Below, in pieces: positions 37,611 to 47,226 of a DNA stretch of 64,000 nucleotides. The DNA lies in the NCBI GenBank assembly GCA_964386935.1, contig CAYLUX010000001.1, positions 23,386-87,385 on the forward strand, read 5' to 3'. Below the pieces are notes generated by a model, which saw only the letters and a program-made list of their open reading frames with translations, was not told the origin of the DNA and did no database searches. A program made the position numbers and the translations under genes. Positions within the stretch are counted from its first letter, which is position 1, and every line of letters begins with the position of its first letter. Source of the stretch: an uncultured Janibacter sp. Lineage in GTDB: Bacteria > Actinomycetota > Actinomycetes > Actinomycetales > Dermatophilaceae.

Positions 37611-39044
37611 TCAGGCGCTTCGCAGCTCCCGCAGCCGGACGCCGATCGAGGCCGCGACGGCCTCGGCGAAGACCTCCGGGGAGTCCTCCTCGGACTCCGC
37701 GACGAGGTGGGTGACGATGCCGTCCTCGAGCAGCTCGAAGGCCGAGACGCGTTGCTGCTCCACCATCTGCGGCGCGTGGGTCGCGTCACCGAACATGATG
37801 ACGCTCGCCCCCTCGGGCGGCAGTGGCGAGAGCCAGGCGTTCTCGGCGGCGATGGTGCGGTCCGCCGGCAGCAGCGCGAGCGCACCGCCACCGCACCCCT
37901 GACCGAGCAGGACCGAGACACTGGGGACCGTGAGCGAGGTCATCCCCGCGATGCACCGGGCGATCTCGCCGGCCATGGCACCTTCCTCGGCCTCCGGCGA
38001 CAGCTCGGCGCCGGGGGTGTCGATGACCGAGACGAGGGGCAGGCGCAGCTGGTTGGCCAGGTGCATGCCCCGCCTGGCCTCCCGCAGGGCGGCCGGACCC
38101 ATCGGGGTGCCGGGGGACTGCCGGCTCCGGTCCTGGCCGATGAGGACGCACGGCACCCCGTCGATCCGGGCGATCGCGATCATGACCGTCCGGTCGTTCT
38201 CGCCCTCGTCCGTCCCCTGCAGCCGGATGATGGCGTCGCTGCCGTGGCGGAGGAGGTCCCGCACGCCTACGCGATGCTCCTCGCGGGTGATCTCGATCGA
38301 CTCCCACGAGGACCTGCGGCGCTCCTCGGGTCCGGGCCGCTCCGACCGGGTGGTGGCAGTGGGCGGGTCGAGGAGGAGCCCGAGGGTGCGGTCCAGCACC
38401 TCCGCCAGCTCCGTGGTGGTCACGACGCCGTCGATGATCCCCCGTCGCACGAGGTTGTCGCTGACCTGGACTCCCGGAGGGAAGGGGCGCCCCTCGAGGG
38501 CCTCGTAGACCTTCGGCCCGAGGAAGGCGACCATCGCCCCGGGCTCGGCGACGGTGATGTGGCCCAACGACCCCCACGAGGCAAGGACGCCGCCCGTCGT
38601 CGGGTGCCGGAGGTGCACGAGGTAGGGCAGGCCGGCCTCCTGGTGGGCGACGATGGCCCGGGAGATCCGGGCCATGTGCACGAAGGCGGGAGTCCCCTCC
38701 TGCATCCGGGTTCCGCCGGAGCAGGTCGAGGCCACGAGAGGGAGACCTTCGGCGGTGGCCCGGCTCACCGCCCGTGTGATCCGGTCAGCGGCAGCGGATC
38801 CGATCGAGCCGGCCAGGAAGGCGAACTCGTTGACGATCACCGCCACGGGACGCCCGTGCACGAGGCCGCGGCCGGTGATCACGGACTCGTCCGTGCCGGC
38901 GCGCTCGGCGGCGCGGCGCAGCGAGTCCCGGTACTCCTCGGGGTGTCCGCTGATGTCGATCGGCTCGTCCCAGGGCTCGAAGGACCCGTCGTCGAGCACG
39001 GTCTCGATGAGCTCGTGGGCGGAGAGCCGTGGCAGGGATGACAT
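37611..39044 (-). CDS. fused carboxyltransferase (AccD-like N-half + AccA-like C-half, no Zn-ribbon)
   Basis: N-half has 'DDGSFEPWDEP', 'VAVIVNEFAFLAGSIGSAAADRITRA', 'SGGTRMQEG'. C-half has 'PLVSVIDTPGA' and 'VLLGQGCGGGALAL'. Confidence 0.85.
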   Translation of the reverse strand: MSSLPRLSAHELIETVLDDGSFEPWDEPIDISGHPEEYRDSLRRAAERAGTDESVITGRGLVHGRPVAVIVNEFAFLAGSIGSAAADRITRAVSRATAEGLPLVASTCSGGTRMQEGTPAFVHMARISRAIVAHQEAGLPYLVHLRHPTTGGVLASWGSLGHITVAEPGAMVAFLGPKVYEALEGRPFPPGVQVSDNLVRRGIIDGVVTTTELAEVLDRTLGLLLDPPTATTRSERPGPEERRRSSWESIEITREEHRVGVRDLLRHGSDAIIRLQGTDEGENDRTVMIAIARIDGVPCVLIGQDRSRQSPGTPMGPAALREARRGMHLANQLRLPLVSVIDTPGAELSPEAEEGAMAGEIARCIAGMTSLTVPSVSVLLGQGCGGGALALLPADRTIAAENAWLSPLPPEGASVIMFGDATHAPQMVEQQRVSAFELLEDGIVTHLVAESEEDSPEVFAEAVAASIGVRLRELRSA

Positions 39045-39174
39045 GGCCCGAGACTATTGAGCGGGCCGCCCCGGGCGACATGTCAAGAGATGCCCAAAGG
39101 ATCCCGGTCACCCGTCAACCCACGACAGCGCCGGCGGTTCATCGGGGGCGCGGCGGTGCCGCCTGCCCTCGGTC

Positions 39175-39873
39175 TCAGAGCCGCCCGGCGAAGGCGGCGG
39201 CAACCGGGCGCCATGCCGCCTCGATCGCCGGCTCGGCGGCCTCGATCGAGGCGAGCGTCGCGCGGACGTCGACACCGTCCAGCTCGGCGGTCCCGGCGTC
39301 CGACTCGGCCCACCGGGCGACGACCCGGTGGTCGGCCTCGGGGTGGCCCTGGACTCCCCAGACCGTGGGTGCGAGCCGGGCGAGCAGCAGGTCGTCCCGC
39401 TCGTTGGTGGCGAGCGGCGTTGCGCCGGAGGGCAGCCGGGTGACGATGTCGTCGTTCCACTGGGGGATGGGGGCATCCTGCGCGGCTCGCAGGACGGGGT
39501 CCTCGGCGAGCTCGCCCTGGCCGCGGGTGGTGAAGACCCCCAGCGTGCGACCCGCGGGGTTGCGGCCCACGTCGCCGCCGAGTGCGACCGCCGCGAGCTG
39601 GTGCCCCAGGCACACGCCGAGGGTGGGAGTCGCCCCCTTCGCGGCGACGCGGATCAGCTCACGGGTCGCCGGGAGCCACGGGGCCACCCCGTCGTCCCGG
39701 CAGCCCATCTGCCCACCGAGCACGACCAGGCCCGCGTGCCCGGTGAGGTCCTCGGGGAGCGGCTCGCCCTCGTAGGGCCGGCGCACGTCGAGATCGACAC
39801 CGTCCTCACGCAGCCACTGCCCGAGACGGGCCGGCGGGCACGTGGCTTGGTGCTGGATCACGAGGACGCTCAT
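39175..39873 (-). CDS. class I glutamine amidotransferase-like protein
   Basis: 'LGVCLGHQL' nucleophile elbow and 'VQGHPE' His-Glu pair. Confidence 0.8.
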   Translation of the reverse strand: MSVLVIQHQATCPPARLGQWLREDGVDLDVRRPYEGEPLPEDLTGHAGLVVLGGQMGCRDDGVAPWLPATRELIRVAAKGATPTLGVCLGHQLAAVALGGDVGRNPAGRTLGVFTTRGQGELAEDPVLRAAQDAPIPQWNDDIVTRLPSGATPLATNERDDLLLARLAPTVWGVQGHPEADHRVVARWAESDAGTAELDGVDVRATLASIEAAEPAIEAAWRPVAAAFAGRL

Positions 39874-39916
39874 GGTGGGGAAGGGTAGCCCTCGCGCCCG
39901 CGGGGGTCCCCGGTGA

Positions 39917-40234
39917 TCACCGGATCGAGGAGTGCGTCCTGGGAGAGGCGATGCGGGCCAGCCGTTGCAGCTCGGAGACGTGCCCGCAGAGGGCTTCCCG
40001 CCCGCGAGGGGTCAGCGTCACCCGGGTGAGCCGCCGCCCGGCGGTGACCTCCCGCGCGACGGTGACGTAGTCCTCGGCCTCCAGTGCGCTCAGGTGCTTG
40101 CTGAGCGCCGAGTCGGACAGGCCGACCTCCTCCCGGATCCGGGCGAAGGGAAGCCCCCGCGTCGGCACGAGCAGCGCGCAGATCTGGAGTCGGTGCGGCT
40201 GGTGCACGACCGGGTCGAAGAGCGGACGTGGCAT
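39917..40234 (-). CDS. small winged-helix (ArsR/MarR-like) transcriptional regulator
   Basis: 105 aa. '[12 protein letters not shown] ... [23 protein letters not shown]'. Divergent from the mscR-like gene. Confidence 0.75.
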   Translation of the reverse strand: MPRPLFDPVVHQPHRLQICALLVPTRGLPFARIREEVGLSDSALSKHLSALEAEDYVTVAREVTAGRRLTRVTLTPRGREALCGHVSELQRLARIASPRTHSSIR

Positions 40235-40397
40235 GGCCCAAGCCTAGTGACTTGCCTCGGCGGAAACTTGCCTCCACCGCATCGGCGCCCGGCCCGGGCG
40301 ACCGGGGGTCGGGGGCGGGGTGGCCACCCCCTTCGCCCGTGGGACACGATGGAGCGCGAAGGGGGCAGCCGTGCCCCGACGCAGGAAGGAGTCTCCC

Positions 40398-41483
40398 GTG
40401 CCGCAGACCGTCAAGGGCGTCATCGCCCGGAGCAAGGACGCCGAGGTCGAGGTCGTCGACATCGTCGTGCCGGACCCCGGACCCGGCGAGGCCGTCGTGA
40501 AGATCAGCACGTGCGGTGTCTGCCACACCGACCTCGCCTACCGCGACGGTGGGATCAACGACGAGTACCCGTTCCTGCTCGGCCACGAGGCCTCGGGCGT
40601 CGTCGAGGCCGTCGGCGAGGGCGTCACCGAGGTCGCCCCCGGCGACCCGGTCATCCTCAACTGGCGCGCCGTGTGCGGGGAGTGCCGCGCCTGCCGGAAG
40701 GGCAAGCCGCACTACTGCTTCGACACCCACAACGCCGATCAGCCGATGACGCTCACCGACGGCACCGTGCTCAGCCCCGCGCTGGGCATCGGCGCCTTCG
40801 CGGAGAAGACCCTCGTCGCCGCCGGCCAGTGCACCAAGGTCGACCCGGACGCCGACGCCGCGGCGGTCGGGCTGCTCGGGTGCGGTGTCATGGCCGGCTT
40901 CGGTGCCGCCGTCAACACCGGTGAGGTCACCCGCGGCGAGTCCATCGCCGTCATCGGGTGCGGTGGCGTCGGTGACGCCGCCATCGCCGGTGCCGTCGTG
41001 GCGGGTGCGACGACGATCATCGCCGTCGACCGGGACCCGCGGAAGCTGGAGACCGCCAAGGAATTCGGCGCCACCCACACCGTCGACGCGAGCCGTGAGG
41101 ACACCGTCGAGCGGGTCCGCGAGCTCACCGGCGGCTTCGGTGCCGACGTCGTCGTCGAGGCGGTCGGCCTGCCGGAGACCTACGAGCAGGCCTTCTACGC
41201 CCGCGACCTCGCCGGCCGGCTCGTGCTCGTCGGCGTGCCCACCCCGGACAAGGAGGTCACCCTCCCGATGATCGAGATCTTCGGTCGGGGCGGTGCGCTG
41301 AAGTCCAGCTGGTACGGCGACTGCCTGCCGAGCCGCGACTTCCCGATGCTCGTCGACCTCTACCGCCAGGGCCGCTTCGACCTGGACCGCTTCGTCTCCG
41401 AGCGCATCGGCCTCGGTGACGTCGAGTCCGCCTTCACCAAGATGCACGCCGGTGAGGTGCTCCGCTCGGTGGTGGTCCTGTGA
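40398..41483 (+). CDS. mscR: S-(hydroxymethyl)mycothiol dehydrogenase / class III Zn-dependent alcohol dehydrogenase
   Basis: GGAAGGAG then GTG 40398. Contains 'CGVCHTD', '[15 protein letters not shown]', '[15 protein letters not shown]', 'GCGGVG'. Followed by an MBL hydrolase, as at the mycobacterial mscR locus. Confidence 0.8.
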   Translation: MPQTVKGVIARSKDAEVEVVDIVVPDPGPGEAVVKISTCGVCHTDLAYRDGGINDEYPFLLGHEASGVVEAVGEGVTEVAPGDPVILNWRAVCGECRACRKGKPHYCFDTHNADQPMTLTDGTVLSPALGIGAFAEKTLVAAGQCTKVDPDADAAAVGLLGCGVMAGFGAAVNTGEVTRGESIAVIGCGGVGDAAIAGAVVAGATTIIAVDRDPRKLETAKEFGATHTVDASREDTVERVRELTGGFGADVVVEAVGLPETYEQAFYARDLAGRLVLVGVPTPDKEVTLPMIEIFGRGGALKSSWYGDCLPSRDFPMLVDLYRQGRFDLDRFVSERIGLGDVESAFTKMHAGEVLRSVVVL

Positions 41484-42091
41484 CCGCGCGCATCGAGAAG
41501 GTCATCACCTCGGGCACCTTCGAGCTGGACGGTGGCTCCTGGGAGGTGGACAACAACGTGTGGATCGTCGGTGACGACGCGGAATGCATCGTCATCGACG
41601 CCGGTCACGAGGCCGCCCCGATCCTCGAGGCGGTCGGCGATCGCCGACTGCTCGCGATCGTGTCCACCCACGCGCACAACGACCACGTCAACGCCGCCGC
41701 CGAGGTCGCCGACGCGAAGGGGGCCCCGATCTGGGTGCACCCGGACGAGGCCCCGCTGTGGCAGATGACCTACCCGGACCGAGCGCCGGACGGCGCCCTG
41801 GCCCACGGCCAGGTCATCACCGTCGCGGGCACCGACCTGACCGTGCTGCACACGCCCGGTCACGCACCGGGAGCGTGCTGCCTGCACGTCCCGGGCCTGG
41901 GGGTCGTCTTCTCCGGCGACACCCTCTTCAACGGGGGGCCCGGCGCCACCGGGCGGTCCTACTCGGACTACCCGACGATCGTGGAGTCGATCCGCGAGAA
42001 GCTGCTGACCCTCCCCGCGGAGACGGTCGTGCACACCGGCCACGGGCCGGACACGACGATCGCCGCCGAGGTGCCGAACGTCACCGACTGA
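41480..42091 (+). CDS. MBL-fold metallo-hydrolase
   Basis: GTGA overlap. Contains 'STHAHNDH' (HxHxDH) and 'HTPGH'. Confidence 0.85.
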   Translation: MTARIEKVITSGTFELDGGSWEVDNNVWIVGDDAECIVIDAGHEAAPILEAVGDRRLLAIVSTHAHNDHVNAAAEVADAKGAPIWVHPDEAPLWQMTYPDRAPDGALAHGQVITVAGTDLTVLHTPGHAPGACCLHVPGLGVVFSGDTLFNGGPGATGRSYSDYPTIVESIREKLLTLPAETVVHTGHGPDTTIAAEVPNVTD

Positions 42092-42097
42092 CGGTGT

Positions 42098-42130
42098 CGC
42101 TGCCCTCGCGGTCAGGCCGCGAGGGCAGCG
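42098..42130. terminator. bidirectional hairpin between convergent MBL-hydrolase and membrane-protein genes
   Basis: Perfect 14-bp stem CGCTGCCCTCGCGG / CCGCGAGGGCAGCG with a 5-nt loop. The right arm overlaps the 3' end of the minus-strand gene. Confidence 0.6.
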
Positions 42131-42594
42131 AACCCCAGTGCGATGAGGATCATCATCTCCACGACGGCGAAGGGGGCGCCGAGCCACCGGACGATCCTCG
42201 CCTGGGCGAGTGTGGCCCCCGCTGCCACGAGGTCCGTGCGGTCCGGGTTGGGGCCCGTGCTCGTCGGGAGCAGGCTCGTGACGAATGGTCCGAGGGGGAC
42301 CACGACGAGCAGGACACCCGCACAACACACCAGCGAGGCATGGGTCGTCGCCTCGCGCAGCTGCAGCACGAGGAAGGAGCCGGCCAGGCCGGCGGCCACG
42401 ATCACCAGGTGCAGGAGCAGCACGCGGCCGGTCGTGGGCAGGGCTGCGGCGCCCGGGTGGAACCAGATGCGGATCAGCCTGCGCTGCAGACCGATGCCGA
42501 CCGCGAGGCTCCACACGGTGACGGCCAGTGCGAGGGTCAGGGCTGCCCACGTGGGGACCTGCATCGCAAGCAGGTCGACGTCCTGTGCTGCCAC
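42112..42594 (-). CDS. hypothetical membrane protein
   Basis: About four hydrophobic helices. Start is uncertain (GTG 42594 or ATG 42564). The first ~96 codons of track ORF 42112..42882 run antisense into cysS and are rejected. Confidence 0.5.
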   Translation of the reverse strand: MAAQDVDLLAMQVPTWAALTLALAVTVWSLAVGIGLQRRLIRIWFHPGAAALPTTGRVLLLHLVIVAAGLAGSFLVLQLREATTHASLVCCAGVLLVVVPLGPFVTSLLPTSTGPNPDRTDLVAAGATLAQARIVRWLGAPFAVVEMMILIALGFAALAA

Positions 42595-42628
42595 GCGCTC
42601 AAGGTAGCCCACCGCGCCCGTTAGCCTT

Positions 42629-44068
42629 GTGCGCGTGACCCTGCAGCTCTTCGACTCCGCCACGCGTACCCAGCGCGACTTCGTCCCGGTGACCCCCGGG
42701 AAGGTCGGCATGTACATCTGTGGCCTCACCACCCAGGGCGCCCCGCACATCGGGCACCTGCGTTTCGCCGTCGCCTTCGACATCCTGCGGCGCTGGCTCG
42801 TGCGGGGGCACGGATACGACGTCACCCTCGTGCGCAACGTGACCGACATCGACGACAAGATCCTCCGCAAGGCGGAGGGCACCGACGAGCCGTGGTGGGC
42901 CCTCAGCTACCGCAACGAGCGCTACACCACCGAGGCGCTGGAGCTGCTCGGCGTGCTGCCACCGACCTACGAGCCGCGGGCCACCGGGCACATCCCCGAG
43001 ATGGTGCAGCTCGTCGACCGTCTCATCGAGAACGGCCACGCCTACGCCGCAGAGGACGGCTCGGGCGACGTCTACTTCGACGTGCGCAGCTGGGGCGAGT
43101 ACGGGCAGCTGAGCAACCAGAACCTCGACGACATGGTCGCCGCGGACGACGCCGACCCTCGCGGCAAGCGGGACCCGCGCGACTTCGCCCTGTGGAAGGG
43201 GGCCAAGCCCGAGGAGCCGACAACGGCCAGCTGGCCGACCCCCTACGGCACCGGGCGCCCCGGCTGGCACCTGGAGTGCTCGGCCATGGCTCGCAAGTAC
43301 CTCGGTGACGCCTTCGACATCCACGGTGGCGGGATCGACCTTCGCTTCCCCCACCACGAGAACGAGCAGGCCCAGTCCCACGCCGCGGGGTACGACTTCG
43401 CCGGCTACTGGCTGCACAACGGCTGGGTGACGGTCAAGGGCGAGAAGATGGGCAAGTCCCTCGGCAACGCCCTGGAGGTCCAGCACCTCGTCACCGAGCA
43501 CGACCCGCTCACCGTGCGCTACTTCCTCACGGCCGCCCACTACCGCTCGATGATCGAGTACCACGTCGGGTCGCTCGACGAGGCCGCCTCCGCCGTCGAG
43601 CGCATCGAGGGCTTCCTGCGCCGCGCGCTGCCGGACCAGGAGGTCCTGGAGGCCGACCCGGCAGTGGAGCTGCCGGCCGAGTTCGCCGAGGCGATGGACG
43701 ACGACCTCGGCGTCACCGGCGCGCTCGCGGTCATCCACGAGACCGTCCGCAGCGGCAACACCGCCCTCGACGAGGGCGCCCGTGACGAGGCCGCCCAGAT
43801 CGCGCTCACCGTCGTCGCGATGACCGACGTGCTCGGCGTCAACCCGCTCTCCGGCGTGTGGGCCGCTGCCGGGGGCGGGCGCGAGGCCGAGCTGACCTCC
43901 GCCCTCGACGCGGTCGTGCGCACGCAGATCGAGGCCCGCGCCGAGGCCCGCGCCTCGCGCGACTTCGAGACCGCCGACCGGATCCGCGACGAGCTGACGG
44001 CAGCCGGCATCACCCTCGAGGACACCCCGAGTGGTGCCCGGTGGACCCTCGGACGGAGGGAGCACTGA
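42629..44068 (+). CDS. cysS: cysteine--tRNA ligase
   Basis: '[18 protein letters not shown]' (HIGH) and 'KMGKSLGN' (KMSKS). GTG 42629 (GTG 42635 is also possible). Confidence 0.95.
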   Translation: MRVTLQLFDSATRTQRDFVPVTPGKVGMYICGLTTQGAPHIGHLRFAVAFDILRRWLVRGHGYDVTLVRNVTDIDDKILRKAEGTDEPWWALSYRNERYTTEALELLGVLPPTYEPRATGHIPEMVQLVDRLIENGHAYAAEDGSGDVYFDVRSWGEYGQLSNQNLDDMVAADDADPRGKRDPRDFALWKGAKPEEPTTASWPTPYGTGRPGWHLECSAMARKYLGDAFDIHGGGIDLRFPHHENEQAQSHAAGYDFAGYWLHNGWVTVKGEKMGKSLGNALEVQHLVTEHDPLTVRYFLTAAHYRSMIEYHVGSLDEAASAVERIEGFLRRALPDQEVLEADPAVELPAEFAEAMDDDLGVTGALAVIHETVRSGNTALDEGARDEAAQIALTVVAMTDVLGVNPLSGVWAAAGGGREAELTSALDAVVRTQIEARAEARASRDFETADRIRDELTAAGITLEDTPSGARWTLGRREH

Positions 44069-45015
44069 TGGCCGGCAACAGCGGCCGCCGCGGCGCCGTG
44101 CGCAGGAGCGGCTCGAAGAAGGGCCCGACCGTCGGGTCCGGGGGCCAGCGACGCAAGGGCCTCGAGGGCAAGGGACCGACGCCGCGGGCGGAGGACCGTC
44201 CGAACCACAAGAAGTACAAGACCGGTCAGGACTCCCGACGCCGTGACGGGGGCCGACCGGCACCGCGTCGCAAGACAGACTCGAGCGAGGTCATCGCCGG
44301 GCGCAACTCCGTCCTCGAGGCGCTGCGCGCCGGGGTGCCGGCGAGCACGATGTACCTCGCCGGTCGGATCGAGAGCGATGACCGGGTCAAGGAGGCGCTC
44401 AAGGCGGCCGCCGGGCTCGACATCCCGATCATGGAGGCCTCCCGCCAGGAGCTGGACCGCCTCACCGACGGCGCGGTGCACCAGGGCCTGGCGCTGCAGG
44501 TGCCGCCCTACGAGTACGCGCACCCCAAGGACCTCATCAACTCCCAGTTGCCGGGCACCCCGCTCGTCGTGGCGCTGGACGGGATCACCGACCCCCGCAA
44601 CCTCGGAGCCATCGTCCGCTCGGTCGGTGCCTTCGGCGGGCACGGCGTGGTCGTCCCGCAGCGGCGCAGCGCCGGGATGACCGCCTCGGCGTGGAAGACC
44701 TCCGCCGGTGCGGCCGCACGCATCCCGGTGGCCCGGGCCAGCAACCTGACGCGGGCCCTCGAGGACTACCGCAAGGCCGGTTTCTTCGTCATCGGCCTCG
44801 ACATGGACGGAGACGTCGAGCTGCCCGGGCTGGAGCTGGCGGACACCCCGCTCGTCGTGGTCGTCGGCAGCGAGGGCAAGGGACTCTCCCGGCTCGTCAG
44901 CGAGACCTGCGACCAGATCGTCTCGGTGCCGATGAGCAGTGCCGTGGAGTCCCTCAACGCCGGGGTCGCCGCCGGGGTCACCCTCTACGAGATCTTCCGG
45001 CTGCGGAGGGGCTGA
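44068..45015 (+). CDS. rlmB: SpoU/TrmH-family 23S rRNA 2'-O-methyltransferase
   Basis: TGATG junction with cysS. Basic R/G/K N-tail, then '[11 protein letters not shown]', '[16 protein letters not shown]', '[12 protein letters not shown]', 'VESLNAG'. Confidence 0.9.
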   Translation: MAGNSGRRGAVRRSGSKKGPTVGSGGQRRKGLEGKGPTPRAEDRPNHKKYKTGQDSRRRDGGRPAPRRKTDSSEVIAGRNSVLEALRAGVPASTMYLAGRIESDDRVKEALKAAAGLDIPIMEASRQELDRLTDGAVHQGLALQVPPYEYAHPKDLINSQLPGTPLVVALDGITDPRNLGAIVRSVGAFGGHGVVVPQRRSAGMTASAWKTSAGAAARIPVARASNLTRALEDYRKAGFFVIGLDMDGDVELPGLELADTPLVVVVGSEGKGLSRLVSETCDQIVSVPMSSAVESLNAGVAAGVTLYEIFRLRRG

Positions 45016-45019
45016 GCCG

Positions 45020-45517
45020 ATGGGCACCGTGCCGCAGCAGCCTCCGCAGTGGCAGGGGCAGCAGTGGCCGGTGGCCAGACCGCCCGCGATCACCATCGCG
45101 TGGGTCGCGATGGTGGCGGCCGCGGTCGTCACGGCCTTGGCGGGCCCGCTCGCCCTCGCCGTGGACTGGCAGGACTTCCGCACCGAGCTCGAGCGCAACC
45201 TCGGCGAGGACGGCAACCTCGACATGGTCGGCCCCGCCCTGGCAATCGGCGTCATCTTCGTCGTCGCGTTCTGCCTCGGGGTCGCCGCGCTGTGGCTCGC
45301 CATGGCCTGGCTGACCGCGCGCGGGGCGGAGTGGTCGCGGGTCGTGGGGACCGTGTTCTTCGGTCTCTACGTGCTCGCGTCAATCTGCTGGCTGATCAGC
45401 GTCGCCGATCCCCTGCCGCTCATCGGCGACGTGCTCACCCTGGCGTGCGCGCTCGTCGCCGTCATCGCGATGTGGCAGCGCCCGGCGACGGCCTGGTACC
45501 GCCGGCCCCGCCCCTGA
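45020..45517 (+). CDS. hypothetical membrane protein
   Basis: ATG 45020. Q/P-rich N-terminus followed by four hydrophobic helices. Confidence 0.55.
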   Translation: MGTVPQQPPQWQGQQWPVARPPAITIAWVAMVAAAVVTALAGPLALAVDWQDFRTELERNLGEDGNLDMVGPALAIGVIFVVAFCLGVAALWLAMAWLTARGAEWSRVVGTVFFGLYVLASICWLISVADPLPLIGDVLTLACALVAVIAMWQRPATAWYRRPRP

Positions 45518-45538
45518 GCAGGCGAAGGGGGCCTGCCC

Positions 45539-45973
45539 TCACCTCCCGTGGTGGCGGACCACGAGGGTGCCTGCGGCGATGTCGGCGAGCGAGCGGTCCT
45601 CGTCGTCGATGAGCACCCAGAGCCACGAGAAGACGCCCGCGACCCGGCTGACCAGCTCGCGCAGCAGCGCGGGCCCGACCGACGGGGGCAGCCCGCTCGC
45701 GGCGTCGACGACCTGCAGCCCGCAGGCGCTCTTGCCGACGCTCTGACCGATGCGCACCACGCGCACCACCCGGTTCCAGACGACGAGGGCGATGTCGAGG
45801 AGCACGGCCAGCCCGAGCAGGATGAGCCCGACGAGGATGACCGCGCTCGAGTCGCCGGCGAGGAGGAGCACCAGGCCGAGGACCCCCACGAGGAGCGCCG
45901 GGACACCCGAGACGAGTTCGTCGATGATCCCGGCCGGGACCCGGTCGGTGAAGTCGGCGGTGCGTGGGCTCAC
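45539..45973 (-). CDS. RDD-family membrane protein
   Basis: GTG start. Contains 'RVPAGIIDELV', two TM helices, 'GQSVGKSACGLQVV' and 'LADIAAGTLVV'. Confidence 0.75.
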   Translation of the reverse strand: MSPRTADFTDRVPAGIIDELVSGVPALLVGVLGLVLLLAGDSSAVILVGLILLGLAVLLDIALVVWNRVVRVVRIGQSVGKSACGLQVVDAASGLPPSVGPALLRELVSRVAGVFSWLWVLIDDEDRSLADIAAGTLVVRHHGR

Positions 45974-47217
45974 GGGTCCACATCCTCCACGATCGGCGGC
46001 GCGGGGTGGTCCGTTGCGAGCACCGCCTCCTCGTCGGGTCGACCCGGGAGGACGTCACGGAGGTAGGCGGTGATCGCCTCCTCGAGGGGGATGTCGTGCC
46101 CCACACGCTCGGCCATGTACCAGCGGTGCTCGAGGATCTCGTGGAAGATCTCCGGCGGCTCGAGCTTGCGGCGCAGTGCGGGCGGGATCGCCCGGATCGT
46201 GGGCCGGTAGACGCGCGTCAGCCAGTCGTTGGCGACGAGCTCCTCGTCCTCGCCCTGACGGTCCGTGGCGGCGGTGTAGGAGTCCAGGTCGTTGAGCAGC
46301 CGCCTGGCCTGGTTGTCCTCCACGTCCAGCCCGGTCAGCCGCAGCAGCCGACGGGTGTGGTGGCCGGCGTCGACCACCTTCGGCTGGATCCGCATCGAGG
46401 ACCCGTCCAGGTCGGTGGACATCTCCAGCTCGTCGACGTCGAAGCCCAACGCGTTCAGCCGACGGATGCGCTCGTCGACGCGCCAGCGCTCGCCGACCTC
46501 GAAGGTCTCGTCCTCGGTCAGCTCCCGCCACAGGTGTCGGTAGCGGCCGATGACCGTCTCGGAGGACTCGATCGGGTCCAGCCCCTCCGGCAGGTACCCG
46601 CCCGCGGCGAGGTCCATCATCTCGCCGGCGATGTTGACGCGTGCCAGGTCCAGGTCGTGCTCGCGCTGCCCGTCGCTGAGGGAGTCGTGCAGCTCGCCGG
46701 TCTCGGCGTCGACGAGATACGCGGCGAAGGCTCCTGCGGAGCGGCGGAAGAGGGTGTTCGACAACGAGACGTCCCCCCAGAAGAAACCCACGAGGTGCAG
46801 CCGGGCCAGCAGCACCGCGAGCGCGTCGACGAGCCGGTCGGCGGTGTCCACGCGCAGCTGCTGGCTGAAGAGGGCGCGGTAGGGGAGGGAGAACTGCAGG
46901 TGCCGGGTGACCAGGCAGGCGTCGAGCGGCGTCCCCGCCTCGTCGGTGCGTCCCGCGACGACGGCGATCGGCTCGACGCAGGGCAGGTCCAGCCGGCGCA
47001 GGTTGCGCAGCAGGTGGTACTCCTCGCGGGCGAGCGACTCCTTGATCTCCTTGACCGCGACGATCCCGCCGGAGAGCCGGGCGAAGCGCACCACGTGCCG
47101 GGAGATGCCCCGGGGCAGCGCGGCCAGGAGGTCCTCCGGCCACTGCGCGAGCGGGACCGACCAGGGCAGGTCGAGCAGGGCGGGGTCCGGCCGGGCGGCG
47201 AAGATGTCCAGGGGCAT
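45970..47217 (-). CDS. DUF4032 (protein-kinase-like fold) protein
   Basis: 415 aa. 'FFWGDVSLSNTLF' and 'AYLVDAETGE' look like kinase catalytic and Mg loops. Overlaps the RDD gene by 4 nt. Confidence 0.7.
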   Translation of the reverse strand: MPLDIFAARPDPALLDLPWSVPLAQWPEDLLAALPRGISRHVVRFARLSGGIVAVKEIKESLAREEYHLLRNLRRLDLPCVEPIAVVAGRTDEAGTPLDACLVTRHLQFSLPYRALFSQQLRVDTADRLVDALAVLLARLHLVGFFWGDVSLSNTLFRRSAGAFAAYLVDAETGELHDSLSDGQREHDLDLARVNIAGEMMDLAAGGYLPEGLDPIESSETVIGRYRHLWRELTEDETFEVGERWRVDERIRRLNALGFDVDELEMSTDLDGSSMRIQPKVVDAGHHTRRLLRLTGLDVEDNQARRLLNDLDSYTAATDRQGEDEELVANDWLTRVYRPTIRAIPPALRRKLEPPEIFHEILEHRWYMAERVGHDIPLEEAITAYLRDVLPGRPDEEAVLATDHPAPPIVEDVDP

Positions 47218-47226
47218 GGCTCTCGC

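Noticed and set aside
39029-39775. Plus-strand ORFs across the carboxyltransferase/GATase region (39029..39775, 39057..39443, 39328..39888).
   Set aside because: They are R/P/A/S-rich and lie antisense to the well-supported minus-strand GATase gene. They have no motifs.
16405-42594. Calling the island a mobile element (genomic island, ICE or prophage).
   Set aside because: I saw no integrase, recombinase, transposase, conjugation or phage genes, and no flanking direct repeats or tRNA at its borders. Only the synteny break supports acquisition, so no mobile_element feature is reported.
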